This document shows, in pieces, positions 37,771 through 48,013 of a stretch of DNA of 64,000 nucleotides (positions are counted from its first letter, which is position 1; the number at the start of each line of letters is the position of its first letter). The stretch lies in the IMG/VR virus record IMGVR_UViG_3300002098_000002; one strand, written 5' to 3'. The position numbers and the translations under genes are program-made. Under the pieces are notes generated by a model. It was given only the letters and a program-made list of their open reading frames with translations, was not told the DNA's origin and did no database searches. Source of the stretch: a virus.

Positions 37771-39921
37771 TTACTGACGGTCACTCAGACCAAACGGTAG
37801 CTGTTGCATTGCCGGGGTGTTCTGACCGCCAAGGGCCTTTACGACTGCTGCTGTATTTAATCCTGCCTGCGCACCATTAGCCCCCGGTGCCTTGTAACGC
37901 AGCAAAGCCCTAGCAATTTCCTGAGCCTCAGGGCCTTGTGTCGTATAAAGCTTTCCAAGGGCGTCACGCATCTCCTCATACTGCTTAAGCTGACGCTTTT
38001 CTAGAAAGCGTCCAATAGGCGTCAAAGGAGCTTTAAGCGGGGTAACATGAAGAGAATACTCATGACGTAATTTGTTAATTGGAAGATTGGCAGGGTTCGC
38101 CACCATCTCCTTCATACCATTTTCGATAATATTTTCTTCAGCCGATGTACCAAGTTTCTTTGCGGCCTCTTTTTCCAATGCAAGATGATCTAGGCTCTTG
38201 ATGAAGCCTTCAGGGTCGTACCCCTTACGCATGGTAAGGTACCGGAACTTGTCAGCATTGTTCTCAGTTCGAAGAAAGTTGCCAACCTTCTCAGCACCAA
38301 CACCTTCAACGTACCTACCACTGTGCTCGGCAAGCGCGGCGCGTGAACCTTCCTTGAAAGCAGCACGCTCAGCAGCCGACATGTCAGTAAGGTCTTGAAG
38401 CATTTGATCCTTGGTGTACTTAGGATTCCATGCATTCAAGCCCTGCTTACGTGCGTTATCAATGGCTTTAGAAGTGCCCCAGATTTCACGGGCTTCGTCC
38501 CAAACCTTCTTGGTTTCTGGGCTAGAATCACCAATAACTTTGTCAATACGCGCCTTTATCTGACGCAGATCCCGTGTTGCCTGTGTGGGCAAACCATGAG
38601 CGTCATAAGACGCTGCAATTCTTTTATCAACTGCTTGTTTTACATGACTCCAAGATTCAGTAGTTGGCCAATTTTTTTTGGCTCCGGTAGTGAAAAAGTC
38701 TTCCATTGGAGAAATTGGCGCACCTGTACCAAGTGATTTATCAAGTGCGACCTGACGGGCTTCTGCCAAGTATCCGGCTTTATCCAATTGCTCTGTGAGG
38801 GTTTTAACCTCAGGTGTTGGATGAACCTGCATCTCTCTGAATTGATCAAACAACGGACCAGCATCTTTTTGACGCTGTTCAGCATTTTCAAGGGTTGTCT
38901 GAGTTATATTCGTGGGCTTACCCATGCCTTCATTAAGACCCTCTTCAATACGGGCAGTGCGCGCAGGGACAGCTCCACGCGCTTCATAGGACTCAAGAAT
39001 TGCATTCTTACCGGCTTTGCCCGGCGCAGCAGCGATACCTGCACCATGACCAAACATCTCCGGGGCATATTCCATTAGAAAGGCTTGCGGGCCTTTCGTA
39101 TTGATCATGTTGGCAATGGCTTCGTCTGTAAGGCCAGCGGCCTTTGCCGACGTGCTTGCCTTTTCAAGGGCGAGCTTGTTGACACCTTTAAGGACGCCTT
39201 CAGCTTGTGGGGTCAGAAGTTTTAAAATGCCAGTAAAGATGCCACCAACAGCCTTACCAACAATGGGGATTGCGCCACTTATCAGCCCTTCAGTTGCGGC
39301 ATTTTTAAGGATTGGTTCACCCCTAATGGCAGCATCTGCCCCGCCAAGTACGGTACCGGAGCCAACAGCCGTTAACGTATTACCAAAAAGGCCCGCTGCC
39401 GCGTCCAAACCAAACAATTCAGGCGCAGCCATCATGATCGGTGCCATCATAAGTGCTGTACCGACGCCCTTACCTACAGCAGCAGCATCAGGGTACTGCT
39501 CCTTCAGTTTCTTGGTCTTTTCCTGAACGCCCTTTAGTTCTTCGTCATAAGACTTACCACCAGCCAAGGTCTTGCCAATAGCAACGATGCGGTCAGTAGA
39601 GCCTTTAAGGGCAGGACCAATAATTGGGGGGTCAAGTGCTGAGTCGGCAAAGGCACCCATTGCGCCTCCAGTGTCAATGGCTTGCTGCTTAGACGGCAGC
39701 GTGTTTGTGTATGCGCCCCCTAGGGGCATACCCATTGCATCTGTGCTAACTTCTTCAGTAGGCGCAGGGGTGGTATCTGGCGGATTAAAACCGATTTTGG
39801 CATAATAATCTGCCTTAGGCATGTCAGCATAAAACTTCTGATGCAGGGCATCAGCAAGAGCTGCATCCGGCATGTCATTATACTGAGGAAACTGCCGCCT
39901 GATTTCGCCAATTGTAGGCAT
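37771..39921 (-). CDS. large virion protein (internal/ejection protein candidate)
   Basis: 716 aa with an Ala/Gly-rich hydrophobic central region. Adjacent to and translationally coupled with the transglycosylase-bearing protein. Confidence 0.5.
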   Translation of the reverse strand: MPTIGEIRRQFPQYNDMPDAALADALHQKFYADMPKADYYAKIGFNPPDTTPAPTEEVSTDAMGMPLGGAYTNTLPSKQQAIDTGGAMGAFADSALDPPIIGPALKGSTDRIVAIGKTLAGGKSYDEELKGVQEKTKKLKEQYPDAAAVGKGVGTALMMAPIMMAAPELFGLDAAAGLFGNTLTAVGSGTVLGGADAAIRGEPILKNAATEGLISGAIPIVGKAVGGIFTGILKLLTPQAEGVLKGVNKLALEKASTSAKAAGLTDEAIANMINTKGPQAFLMEYAPEMFGHGAGIAAAPGKAGKNAILESYEARGAVPARTARIEEGLNEGMGKPTNITQTTLENAEQRQKDAGPLFDQFREMQVHPTPEVKTLTEQLDKAGYLAEARQVALDKSLGTGAPISPMEDFFTTGAKKNWPTTESWSHVKQAVDKRIAASYDAHGLPTQATRDLRQIKARIDKVIGDSSPETKKVWDEAREIWGTSKAIDNARKQGLNAWNPKYTKDQMLQDLTDMSAAERAAFKEGSRAALAEHSGRYVEGVGAEKVGNFLRTENNADKFRYLTMRKGYDPEGFIKSLDHLALEKEAAKKLGTSAEENIIENGMKEMVANPANLPINKLRHEYSLHVTPLKAPLTPIGRFLEKRQLKQYEEMRDALGKLYTTQGPEAQEIARALLRYKAPGANGAQAGLNTAAVVKALGGQNTPAMQQLPFGLSDRQ

Positions 39922-42398
39922 TAACGTATTCCAAGTGGGTCAGCCGCTGGGCCTGCTGAGGCCGCTGGTTCTTGTGCATCCTTAGCTGTCATACCAAGGC
40001 CAGCAGCCTTGATAAACTCAGCCTTCGTCTTTTCATAAGGCACGGCTGCATTTGGCTTTGCCGTTTTATCGGCAATAGCGAATGTATTCCCGATGTCTTT
40101 GATTTGATCATCAGTCAGAAGTGGATTTGCCTTTGTGTAGTTATCTACAGCTTCATGCAAGCCAGCGTTCGTTGGTGGCCCTTGACGCCGTGTCCAGTTG
40201 CCTTTTGGATCAAGAACCCAGCCTTTATCATATTGTGTGGCAATCGTACCAACATTGTGTGCCTGTTCACCTGTAGCAATCATTAGTTGCAGGACTGCAC
40301 GGTTGGCCGCTGGTGTATTGTACTTGTTGGCAACCGACTTCGTGATCAAGTCAATTTCAGCCAAACGGATTTGACCCAAACCACCCAATTGCGTCTTCAA
40401 AGCCTGCACGATGCTGCCCGAAAGGATCTTTTGGAAGATTTCCATTGGGGCAGCGGCAGCCTTATCACCACCAAAACCAAATTCAGCGAGGCCTGCCTTA
40501 CCTTTTTGCAGGATTTCCCATGGATCATTAAATAGACCGCTGTAGTAACGCTTATCATTGGTCAGCTCTAAAGCCGATTTCAGCAGAGGCAGGTTATTTA
40601 AAGAAGAGGTACCTATCTGTGCATAATCCTGAACATTTTTAGTGTACGCCTTGGCATCGTCAGCAGCCAAAGACTCACGACGTTTGTATTCAATACCTTC
40701 GTCCATAAGCCTGTTACGGCGCTCTTGGTTGGTTTCAGCAACCTGAACACCGGGCGGACTTACAGGTGGCGGCGCATTGAGGACCGCAGCCATTTTATCA
40801 CCCATTGGTGAGGCAGCGGCTGGCCCTGCACCCGGAATACCGGCAGGCATTATAGCCGCCTGAGCCTTGTCTATAGCCTGTGAGCCAGTTTCGGCTGGGG
40901 CTGCCAATGGGGCACCCTTTGCCGCTGCCGCTGCCACGGCCTGTGAGACAGGCGTTGCGGCGTCAGAAACCGGGCCACCGTCATTGTAGGCCAATATATT
41001 TGAAGGCGGTGCAGGTAATTCCAAAGCACCCGACTTGCCCGGAGCTTCGGCTGGCTCTGCTGGTGTAATAGGGGTGCGTGGTGGCAACGGCGGCGGCGGT
41101 GCCCCAACAGGGGCACTTGTGGTACCGGGCGCTGAAGGGGTTGAACCGTCTTCAAGGCGTCTAACCTTTAAATCAGGTCCAATAGTTTCATAAGTTGGGT
41201 ATTCACCACCACCGGGTACCTTTTCAGTACCCTTCTGAAGGTCAGGGACGAAGTAACCTTTGCCACCACCGGGCGGCACAATGATCTTGCCGCCAGTCGT
41301 TGGAATAGACTGTGGGTTAACCTGCGTATTCATGTAAAGGCTAAGTGCATTGTCATGCAGCTTTTCATTAATGAAAGGATTAACAGCCAGATTACCGATT
41401 TGGCCCTTTGTGTAAGTAGATGCTGGAGGCAAAATTCCTTTTGGAACATCGATTGGGTTAGAAAATGGACCGACTGGGGCTTGTGCGACGTGCACACCTG
41501 CTGGCGCACCAGAAGGAGGTGCTGCGGCAGGGGTACCCTTAGCCAAAGCCATCGTTATAGCACGGGCAGCATCTCCACCGGGCGCGGCAGGCTGACCATT
41601 GAAGGCCATAGCCGTTCCACCTTCGGCAGACGTACCCTGACCAAGTGCCTTTACAAAATTCTTGCCATAACTATCAACAGTGGTCCCAAGAGCATCGCGC
41701 CTATTAGGGTGGTCAACCCCGCCATCACCGCCAAGCCAAGCTCTACCGGCACCTTCTGGGCCATACTTCGCGATGTATTGACCCATTTTACCACGGTAAA
41801 CAGCATCTTGCGCACCTTTATCTGCAAGGAACTCTTCAGGGGTCATTTCCTTGCCAAGAACTTCTTTAGTCCAAGGGCCTACATTGAAATCCATAACGCC
41901 GTATTTACCAAGCGCACTTTGTGGCACGCCAGTCTTCACGTTGTTTGTGGTCGTTACGTTATCATAACGACCACCACTCTCTTGCTTGGATGTAGCCTTT
42001 GCGGCTCTATCCAGTAGGTCGCTGCCCTCCTTTGAAGCATAATTAGACGCACCCTCAGGGAGGGCAGACCTTTTATCCGAAGGTGCGTCACCGCTTGCAT
42101 CAGGCATTGGCTTAGGGGCGCTAGGAATTTGGTTTGAGTATTCAGTCTGCCCATGCTTAATGCCCATGTTCTGAAGCTGAGCAGCACGGTTATCCACCAT
42201 GCCACCTACCAGTGCATTGACCATATTAGAAACGCCCTGTGACCAGTGCTGCACAGGCATTTGTGAGTTCTTGGCCAAGAGAGCCGCATACTCATTCATA
42301 GCCTTAATTTGCTGGGCGTTTGAAATTGGAGTAGTAGAATTATCATACATAGGCTGAACTGTAGGTGGCTGCCTAAGATCAGTCAGGTCTAGCGCCAT
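39921..42398 (-). CDS. internal virion protein with lytic transglycosylase domain
   Basis: 825 aa. SKQESGGRYDNVTT...ALGKYGVMDFNVGPW...AQDAVYRGKMGQYI is SLT/lysozyme-like with a catalytic E-S-G. The middle part is Pro/Ala-rich low complexity. Confidence 0.65.
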   Translation of the reverse strand: MALDLTDLRQPPTVQPMYDNSTTPISNAQQIKAMNEYAALLAKNSQMPVQHWSQGVSNMVNALVGGMVDNRAAQLQNMGIKHGQTEYSNQIPSAPKPMPDASGDAPSDKRSALPEGASNYASKEGSDLLDRAAKATSKQESGGRYDNVTTTNNVKTGVPQSALGKYGVMDFNVGPWTKEVLGKEMTPEEFLADKGAQDAVYRGKMGQYIAKYGPEGAGRAWLGGDGGVDHPNRRDALGTTVDSYGKNFVKALGQGTSAEGGTAMAFNGQPAAPGGDAARAITMALAKGTPAAAPPSGAPAGVHVAQAPVGPFSNPIDVPKGILPPASTYTKGQIGNLAVNPFINEKLHDNALSLYMNTQVNPQSIPTTGGKIIVPPGGGKGYFVPDLQKGTEKVPGGGEYPTYETIGPDLKVRRLEDGSTPSAPGTTSAPVGAPPPPLPPRTPITPAEPAEAPGKSGALELPAPPSNILAYNDGGPVSDAATPVSQAVAAAAAKGAPLAAPAETGSQAIDKAQAAIMPAGIPGAGPAAASPMGDKMAAVLNAPPPVSPPGVQVAETNQERRNRLMDEGIEYKRRESLAADDAKAYTKNVQDYAQIGTSSLNNLPLLKSALELTNDKRYYSGLFNDPWEILQKGKAGLAEFGFGGDKAAAAPMEIFQKILSGSIVQALKTQLGGLGQIRLAEIDLITKSVANKYNTPAANRAVLQLMIATGEQAHNVGTIATQYDKGWVLDPKGNWTRRQGPPTNAGLHEAVDNYTKANPLLTDDQIKDIGNTFAIADKTAKPNAAVPYEKTKAEFIKAAGLGMTAKDAQEPAASAGPAADPLGIR

Positions 42399-42871
42399 GA
42401 AATGACTCCTTCATTCATTTTTTTCATTACTCTGTCAGCGAATTTAACGCAAACTATTGTGTTTTCAGTGTCTTTTGTTTTCTCAAAATAATTGCATTGG
42501 TCTTCCAAGAGACTGGCACAACACAGTGCGGCCCTTACCTCTACACCATCCTTCGTTATTTCCATAACAGTAATAGAAGGTTCGACCTTATCTAGGACAT
42601 CCTGTTTACTGTACGGCCCCAATTCTAAAAACACGTTTTCTCTTCTATTTTTGCTCAACTCTAAAAGAGTTTCTTTATCAATCATTCTTGGGTTATAATG
42701 AAAAACCCCACGGGCATTTTTTATTCGTTCAAAACCAATTAGTAATGGCAGTTCCTGCGTACCGGTGGGGAACATTTGGACTGACCTTTTTCCCCTTCGC
42801 AACCTTTCTTGTTGAAGAAGGAGAGTTTCATAACTTTCAATCGCATTTAAACCCGTATCGTCATACTTCAT
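42389..42871 (-). CDS. hypothetical virion-module protein
   Basis: The start was moved to the internal ATG (MKYDDTG), which forms an ATGA overlap with the upstream stop. The upstream Cys/Trp-rich extension overlaps the previous gene. Confidence 0.55.
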   Translation of the reverse strand: MKYDDTGLNAIESYETLLLQQERLRRGKRSVQMFPTGTQELPLLIGFERIKNARGVFHYNPRMIDKETLLELSKNRRENVFLELGPYSKQDVLDKVEPSITVMEITKDGVEVRAALCCASLLEDQCNYFEKTKDTENTIVCVKFADRVMKKMNEGVISWR

Positions 42872-43752
42872 ATAAACATTTCCGGTAAAGCACTTGCTGC
42901 TAGATCGGCAAAGGCAGCATCGCCAGCCGTACCGCCAGCAGCAGCATCGCCACCCAGACCAGCAAAACCACCCTTCGCCCAACCGCCCAACGCCGCTGTT
43001 GGAATACCAAACAAACCGGACATCATTGCAGTCTGCTGCTTCATTTGTGCATCGTAAGCTTTCATCTGTGCATCATTGTAGCTAGATGTAGCCCCGGTGT
43101 AGTCCGCAGGGTTAATCTTCAACTGTGCCGGGTTAACAAGGCCAGTCGTAGCGTTCGTGGCACCGTTGTTAAGCATCCCAGCTTCCTGTGAAGCTGTTTT
43201 CAATGGGAGCAGGTATTCGTTCGTAGCCTGCTGGTATGCGGCTGGCTGGATCTGTGCAAGGTAACCGTTCACACCTTGGTTCTGGCTTTGTGTAAGATTG
43301 TTCATAGCCTGCTTATAGGCAGGCGTGCCGGGGGTAAATCCCTGATTGGTTAGTTTCGAATCGAGTTGGCTGGTTTGAGCATCATAATACGGCTTAAGGT
43401 AGGATAGCTGCTGATCAAGCCCTTCCTTGACCATTCCATTCGTCATATTGCCAATTGTTGCAGTTGGATCTGAACTGCCGTAATTAGCCTTACCAAGTGA
43501 TCCCGTCACGTCACCTTGCAACTGGCTGACGATTGCCTGCATTTGCGGGCTGAGCGAAGACGTAGATGTGTAAAGGGGAACGCCACCGGGGCCAGTACCA
43601 GTCTGCGCATAGGTAAGACTGCCGTAAGGCGTGTACTGATTGACGTTGCTGCCTGCCTGACTTTGGGTGGCAGAATTGGTGTTGTAGTCCTGCTGCGTGG
43701 CAGCAACGGAACCGGGCTGTTCTGGGGTTGGTGGGCTCGAAGAGTCACCCAT
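42868..43752 (-). CDS. hypothetical virion protein (Q/N/T/G-rich)
   Basis: 294 aa, tightly packed in the structural operon. Confidence 0.6.
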   Translation of the reverse strand: MGDSSSPPTPEQPGSVAATQQDYNTNSATQSQAGSNVNQYTPYGSLTYAQTGTGPGGVPLYTSTSSLSPQMQAIVSQLQGDVTGSLGKANYGSSDPTATIGNMTNGMVKEGLDQQLSYLKPYYDAQTSQLDSKLTNQGFTPGTPAYKQAMNNLTQSQNQGVNGYLAQIQPAAYQQATNEYLLPLKTASQEAGMLNNGATNATTGLVNPAQLKINPADYTGATSSYNDAQMKAYDAQMKQQTAMMSGLFGIPTAALGGWAKGGFAGLGGDAAAGGTAGDAAFADLAASALPEMFI

Positions 43753-43753
43753 A

Positions 43754-44002
43754 TTACATCCCTCCCTTAAGAGCCTTGGCCATCATCATATTTGGATTGC
43801 CTTTGGGCTGATTGTAATACGCATTGGCGGCAGGGACAGCAGATGGTACCGAATAGCTTGATGGCGCGGCATAACTTGAACGGAATGGGTTTGCTGGATA
43901 ACCCTGCGCTATATTTCCCTGCTGACCGGGGACAGCTTGCGTACCAATATTCTGCCTATTAACGGCAGAAGCGTTGTATCCCGGTGGAGGTGAAAAAAGC
44001 AT
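43754..44002 (-). CDS. small Pro/Ala/Tyr/Asn-rich protein
   Basis: 82 aa of low complexity, 1 nt from the downstream gene. Confidence 0.5.
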   Translation of the reverse strand: MLFSPPPGYNASAVNRQNIGTQAVPGQQGNIAQGYPANPFRSSYAAPSSYSVPSAVPAANAYYNQPKGNPNMMMAKALKGGM

Positions 44003-44004
44003 AA

Positions 44005-44463
44005 CTAACCTTGCTGCTTCTGTACTTCTGCTTGAGGTACTCCAGCAACTCTTTCAATCTGATCACGGAAAGCTACGAAACGGACAGCGGTATTCCTGCT
44101 GCAATCACGGATACCATACTGACAACGCTGGACACCTTCAAGTTTAAATCCGAACCTTTGAAGGGATCGCATCAATCTTTTGTTCTTTTTCGAAGTCAGG
44201 ACAGTCATTCGACTGGCATTGAATTCGTGTACAACAATCTTTGAGATAACGCGAACGATACCTAAAGTAAGTGTCCATGGCCCGTAATAGCTCAGTTCCA
44301 CATTGTAGCCGTTATAGTTGGTGAAGAGAATGGCCCCCACCAAAACACCGTCATCATTATCAACTATCCCAAGAACCCTATTATAGGTAACAGGAATACG
44401 CTGGAAATGCGTAAAAGCCCAGCTAGCAATTCGTTCATCGTCACCGATTAATATTCCGTACAT
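44005..44463 (-). CDS. GNAT-family N-acetyltransferase (putative)
   Basis: 152 aa. GVLVGAILFTNYNGYNVELSY ... MRSLQRFGFKLEGVQR fits the GNAT beta4-alpha3 and C-terminal GF-x-x-EG pattern. Confidence 0.5.
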   Translation of the reverse strand: MYGILIGDDERIASWAFTHFQRIPVTYNRVLGIVDNDDGVLVGAILFTNYNGYNVELSYYGPWTLTLGIVRVISKIVVHEFNASRMTVLTSKKNKRLMRSLQRFGFKLEGVQRCQYGIRDCSRNTAVRFVAFRDQIERVAGVPQAEVQKQQG

Positions 44464-44988
44464 TTAACCCATCATTCCTACTGGTGGTGCTTGTAATGGT
44501 GCTGGGGGTTGTGGAGGTGGCATACCAAGCATCCCGTAATTAGGCTGCTGTGGTGCTTCTGGTGGAGGTACATCACCCAAGTAAGGCATCGGGGCGTAAC
44601 CTTGTGCCATTGGCGTACTCATTGGTGTTGCCGTCGTTGCCCCACCAAGCCCAGTATTGCCCAAGGCAGCGACCATTTGAGCAGCCTGATCATTCCCTGC
44701 GTTTTGTGTGGCTGGGTCGGCACCAAAGGTGCCTCCGGCTGGTGCCAGTGGCATGTCACCAGCTCCACCAAGGTTCGTGCCAAATTGTGGCGGGGCAGCA
44801 CCTTGAGAAGGAACAGAGTTTGTCGCCATGGGCGCAGAAGAAAGCCCATTAGGCATCCCACCATTCATTCCAAATGGGTCAGACCCTATACCAAGTGAGG
44901 TATCCTGACCTGTGGGTTGAGGCTGCTGTTGCGACAACAGTGCAAGCATTTGTTGCACGGTATCTGGTGACATCCCGTTAGTATCCAT
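44464..44988 (-). CDS. Pro/Gln/Gly/Met-rich low-complexity protein
   Basis: 174 aa with no predicted globular segment. Ends GMPPPQPPAPLQAPPVGMMG. GGTGGGAT lies before the ATG. Confidence 0.55.
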   Translation of the reverse strand: MDTNGMSPDTVQQMLALLSQQQPQPTGQDTSLGIGSDPFGMNGGMPNGLSSAPMATNSVPSQGAAPPQFGTNLGGAGDMPLAPAGGTFGADPATQNAGNDQAAQMVAALGNTGLGGATTATPMSTPMAQGYAPMPYLGDVPPPEAPQQPNYGMLGMPPPQPPAPLQAPPVGMMG

Positions 44989-45090
44989 ATCCCACCTTTA
45001 GAAATGACGTGCAAAACCGCCGTGAAGTTCTTCTCTTAATTTACAAAGTTTCCTACGTTTATTCATAAGTATCTGATTTTTCTATAAAAA

Positions 45091-46743
45091 TCATATGAAA
45101 CCGCCAAGCTCTAATATCGTGTTGAATGAATTTACTTGGAGAATCGAAGCAGCGCCCGCACTGCTCTCAGAATTAAAGGTAGCAGCATCGAACTCTCCTA
45201 TATCAAACCCACCAATAACAACTGTTGTCGCAGCTTGTACGTTAACTTGCATACGGATGGCTAGAGCATGGCCAATGGCGTCAACACTTAACCAAGGTTG
45301 CACAACCACTGTGTTTTCTGGCCACAAGGCTATATCCCAAGATGAGAAGTCCCAAAGAGCGCCGCCTCGAAGAATAGAAATCGGTGCCGAAGTGGTAGCA
45401 GTGTTGAAGTCTTCGTCAACCGAAATGGTGGGCGTGATAGAGCCACTGGCCACCATTTGAGGCTGAACCATAGTTACTCTTTTTAGGCGACCCGGATCAT
45501 CAAAATAGTTAAAGGCGCACTGCATGTCAGCCATAATTGGCTGATCGAAGTCAGTGCCACTGTCAAAAGCTTTATTCACGCTTCCGTCATTGGAGCCAAA
45601 ATAAAGATCTTCATTAAAGATCTCAAAACAGTTAGCACTCCAACCATCAATTTCGCACCATGCGCCTGTTAAGGCACACATAACATACTGAATTTGTTGA
45701 ACATTTTCAGTAAGAGGTACATTCAAGATAGCTAACTGCTCGGCTGGAAAACCTAGAACCTGCCAACCAAAGTTATTTCTGGCCTGTGTGATAGCTTGAG
45801 CCATGGCGTTCTGAATACGGGCAGTAATGGCCACGCTTCTATCAGCGCTTGGATCAAACGGAAGTGCCTGAGAAAGAGGAAGAACCCCCTGAAGGGTGAT
45901 AACAGCCACGTCCGAACCAACACGGGTGCAGCAACGGTAACTGATAGGTGGTGAAATATCGAAAGTACCTACCAAATTCCAATTGGCAGCATTGGTTGGG
46001 TCACCACCAGCATAAATACTGATCTGCCCACGGGAAGACAAGAACACCGCATAGTCTTGAGGGCCGCTGCCACCGTCAATAGTCCAATCGGCCATGGCCA
46101 CAAGCCAGCCGCCCTTTGACCAAAGCTGACCAAAATCAAGGTATCCAGCGATAGCGCCTGTAATGGCCCCCGTAGGCATGAAAGCAATGATGGTAGTATC
46201 CTTAAGGACGTACCAAAGGCGGCTTTTCTGAGCGTAGATGTTTACGATGCTGGCAGTCGTAGCCGCATTGGGCAACCCAGTGATGGCTGGCGTGGACCAC
46301 GCTGTGCCATTGTACTGACGCAGGCTGTCTACACCGTTAACGCATTGAATAACCGTAGTTCCAGCCGGTGGTGTGAATGACGAATACTGCCAACGGGCCG
46401 ATGAAAGCCCTGAAACTACAGATGAATAGGCTCCATATGTTGAAACATCATAGATATTGGTGCCCGCTGCTGCGAACATTTCCTCAGCATTACCCGGTGG
46501 CCTGTAAACCATCAAAGTTTCTACAGGCGAATCAGTCATTTTTCTGACCCAACCTGTGTAACCAGCACGCAGTTCAATCCAACCGGGGCGCGGTATCCAG
46601 TTGGTCAAGATGGGCGCACGCTTGGGGTCCATAGACGACAATGGCGAAATAGCATCCATACCCTCAGTCGGCGCTGGAACCACTTTTGTGATCGTATCAG
46701 GCGCTGGAAATGGTGCTTTTTGTAGGGATTCTACTTTACGCAT
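45091..46743 (-). CDS. virion structural protein (tail/nozzle candidate)
   Basis: 550 aa beta-rich ORF in the structural operon. No motif recognised. Confidence 0.6.
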   Translation of the reverse strand: MRKVESLQKAPFPAPDTITKVVPAPTEGMDAISPLSSMDPKRAPILTNWIPRPGWIELRAGYTGWVRKMTDSPVETLMVYRPPGNAEEMFAAAGTNIYDVSTYGAYSSVVSGLSSARWQYSSFTPPAGTTVIQCVNGVDSLRQYNGTAWSTPAITGLPNAATTASIVNIYAQKSRLWYVLKDTTIIAFMPTGAITGAIAGYLDFGQLWSKGGWLVAMADWTIDGGSGPQDYAVFLSSRGQISIYAGGDPTNAANWNLVGTFDISPPISYRCCTRVGSDVAVITLQGVLPLSQALPFDPSADRSVAITARIQNAMAQAITQARNNFGWQVLGFPAEQLAILNVPLTENVQQIQYVMCALTGAWCEIDGWSANCFEIFNEDLYFGSNDGSVNKAFDSGTDFDQPIMADMQCAFNYFDDPGRLKRVTMVQPQMVASGSITPTISVDEDFNTATTSAPISILRGGALWDFSSWDIALWPENTVVVQPWLSVDAIGHALAIRMQVNVQAATTVVIGGFDIGEFDAATFNSESSAGAASILQVNSFNTILELGGFI

Positions 46744-47273
46744 TATTTCTTGCCTTTAAGGGCGTCAAGAAGCTTCTGAATAACATCCTGTGATGGTGGT
46801 GGCAATGGTGGGCGCATCGTGTTCATCAAATCACCCATTGCCGGAGTATAGATTTTGTATTTACCAGCGCCATAAGACAGGGGCATGTAATCAGCAGGAT
46901 GGAAAGTTTCATCCGTCAGTTTATCCGGTGAAATGATCTTAGTAGGATTATCACCGGGCAATTCAGGCGGTGGCAAGATAGACGGATCAGGGAGCATGTG
47001 GGTAAATGCCTTATCAATCCTTTGTTCTAAATCCCTAGCATCTTGCTGGGCTGTCGGGCTGTCATTATAGGCACCACCGCCTAATTCATAAGGCATACCT
47101 TTATTGATTTTATCTAGTTTGGGGCGGACGTGTTGTTCAAAAATAGCGTCCATTTCGGCGTTACTAGGGCCTTGTGGTGGCACAGGCGGAATAGGCGTAG
47201 CTGGGGAAGTCATGGGGCCTAACCCATTCCAAAGTGCGTCTGCCGCGCCTTTCTGGTCAAGATACGTAGGCAT
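46743..47273 (-). CDS. hypothetical virion-module protein
   Basis: 176 aa with ATGA-type coupling on both sides. Confidence 0.6.
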   Translation of the reverse strand: MPTYLDQKGAADALWNGLGPMTSPATPIPPVPPQGPSNAEMDAIFEQHVRPKLDKINKGMPYELGGGAYNDSPTAQQDARDLEQRIDKAFTHMLPDPSILPPPELPGDNPTKIISPDKLTDETFHPADYMPLSYGAGKYKIYTPAMGDLMNTMRPPLPPPSQDVIQKLLDALKGKK

Positions 47274-48013
47274 TAGTTTGGACCCATTGGGTGACGTCGT
47301 GCTATTTCTAGCGCAGCAGCGTCTTCCAATTCTTTTATTCGTCCAGGATTGGCTTTCAGCACAGCCTGACCGGAAGCCACTTGTTTATCCCCTGCATCAC
47401 CTCGGCCCTGCTCAATAGGGCCAAAATGTTTGAGCATCAAAGCTCGTACCCAAGTTTCCTCAGGTGAAAAGATAGGGCCATGTGTAGTCGGCACATTGCC
47501 CAGCATCTCCATCCCACGGTGCGTGGATTCATGAATTTCGTTTGATGGGCTTCTATTGTCATACCAAAGTTTATTAAGATCCGGGGCAAAGAAGCCCCCA
47601 TGTGTCAGTTTCGGGGTTGATGAATCTGTTGGGGTGGTAAGGTTATCCCCACGCTGAAAGCCCAGAGCTGCCACAGGACTGCGGTTGGCCGCTAAATAAG
47701 CGGCATACTCACGATCACGGTCAGCTTGCTGCATTGGAACCCGTTTTATGTTCCAAGGTTCATCAGTATTGTGGGCGTTCATGACGTCTTTAATTGTAGG
47801 GAGAACCCCTTGCCTTTGGCCGGGGGTATCTATCCCAGCAGAAGGCCTCCCATAAGTCATGTCATTCTTACGTGCAAAAGCCACGTCGTCAGCAGACGGG
47901 TAATCTGTCCTTGGAGGGGGTGACCAAACAGGCTGCTTAGCAGGGTCAGAACTGCCCCACAAAGCCTTGATCATGTTTGAGATGATGCCGTCGTCAGCCA
48001 CGTTAGCATCCAA
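47273..48013 (-). CDS. hypothetical virion-module protein
   Basis: 246 aa. Contains NEIHESTHRGMEM, a possible HExxH-like metal site but not an exact one. Confidence 0.55.
   Translation of the reverse strand: MDANVADDGIISNMIKALWGSSDPAKQPVWSPPPRTDYPSADDVAFARKNDMTYGRPSAGIDTPGQRQGVLPTIKDVMNAHNTDEPWNIKRVPMQQADRDREYAAYLAANRSPVAALGFQRGDNLTTPTDSSTPKLTHGGFFAPDLNKLWYDNRSPSNEIHESTHRGMEMLGNVPTTHGPIFSPEETWVRALMLKHFGPIEQGRGDAGDKQVASGQAVLKANPGRIKELEDAAALEIARRHPMGPN

Noticed and set aside
42872-42982. Cys/Trp-rich N-terminal extension of ORF 42389-42982.
   Set aside because: It overlaps the 3' end of the upstream gene out of frame. The internal ATG forms a typical ATGA coupling.
44989-45090. 22-codon basic ORF (MNKRRKLCKLREELHGGFARHF) and an AT-only hairpin TGATTTTT-CTAT-AAAAATCA.
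   Set aside because: The ORF lacks a ribosome-binding site, and the hairpin is too weak (all A-T) to call a terminator.
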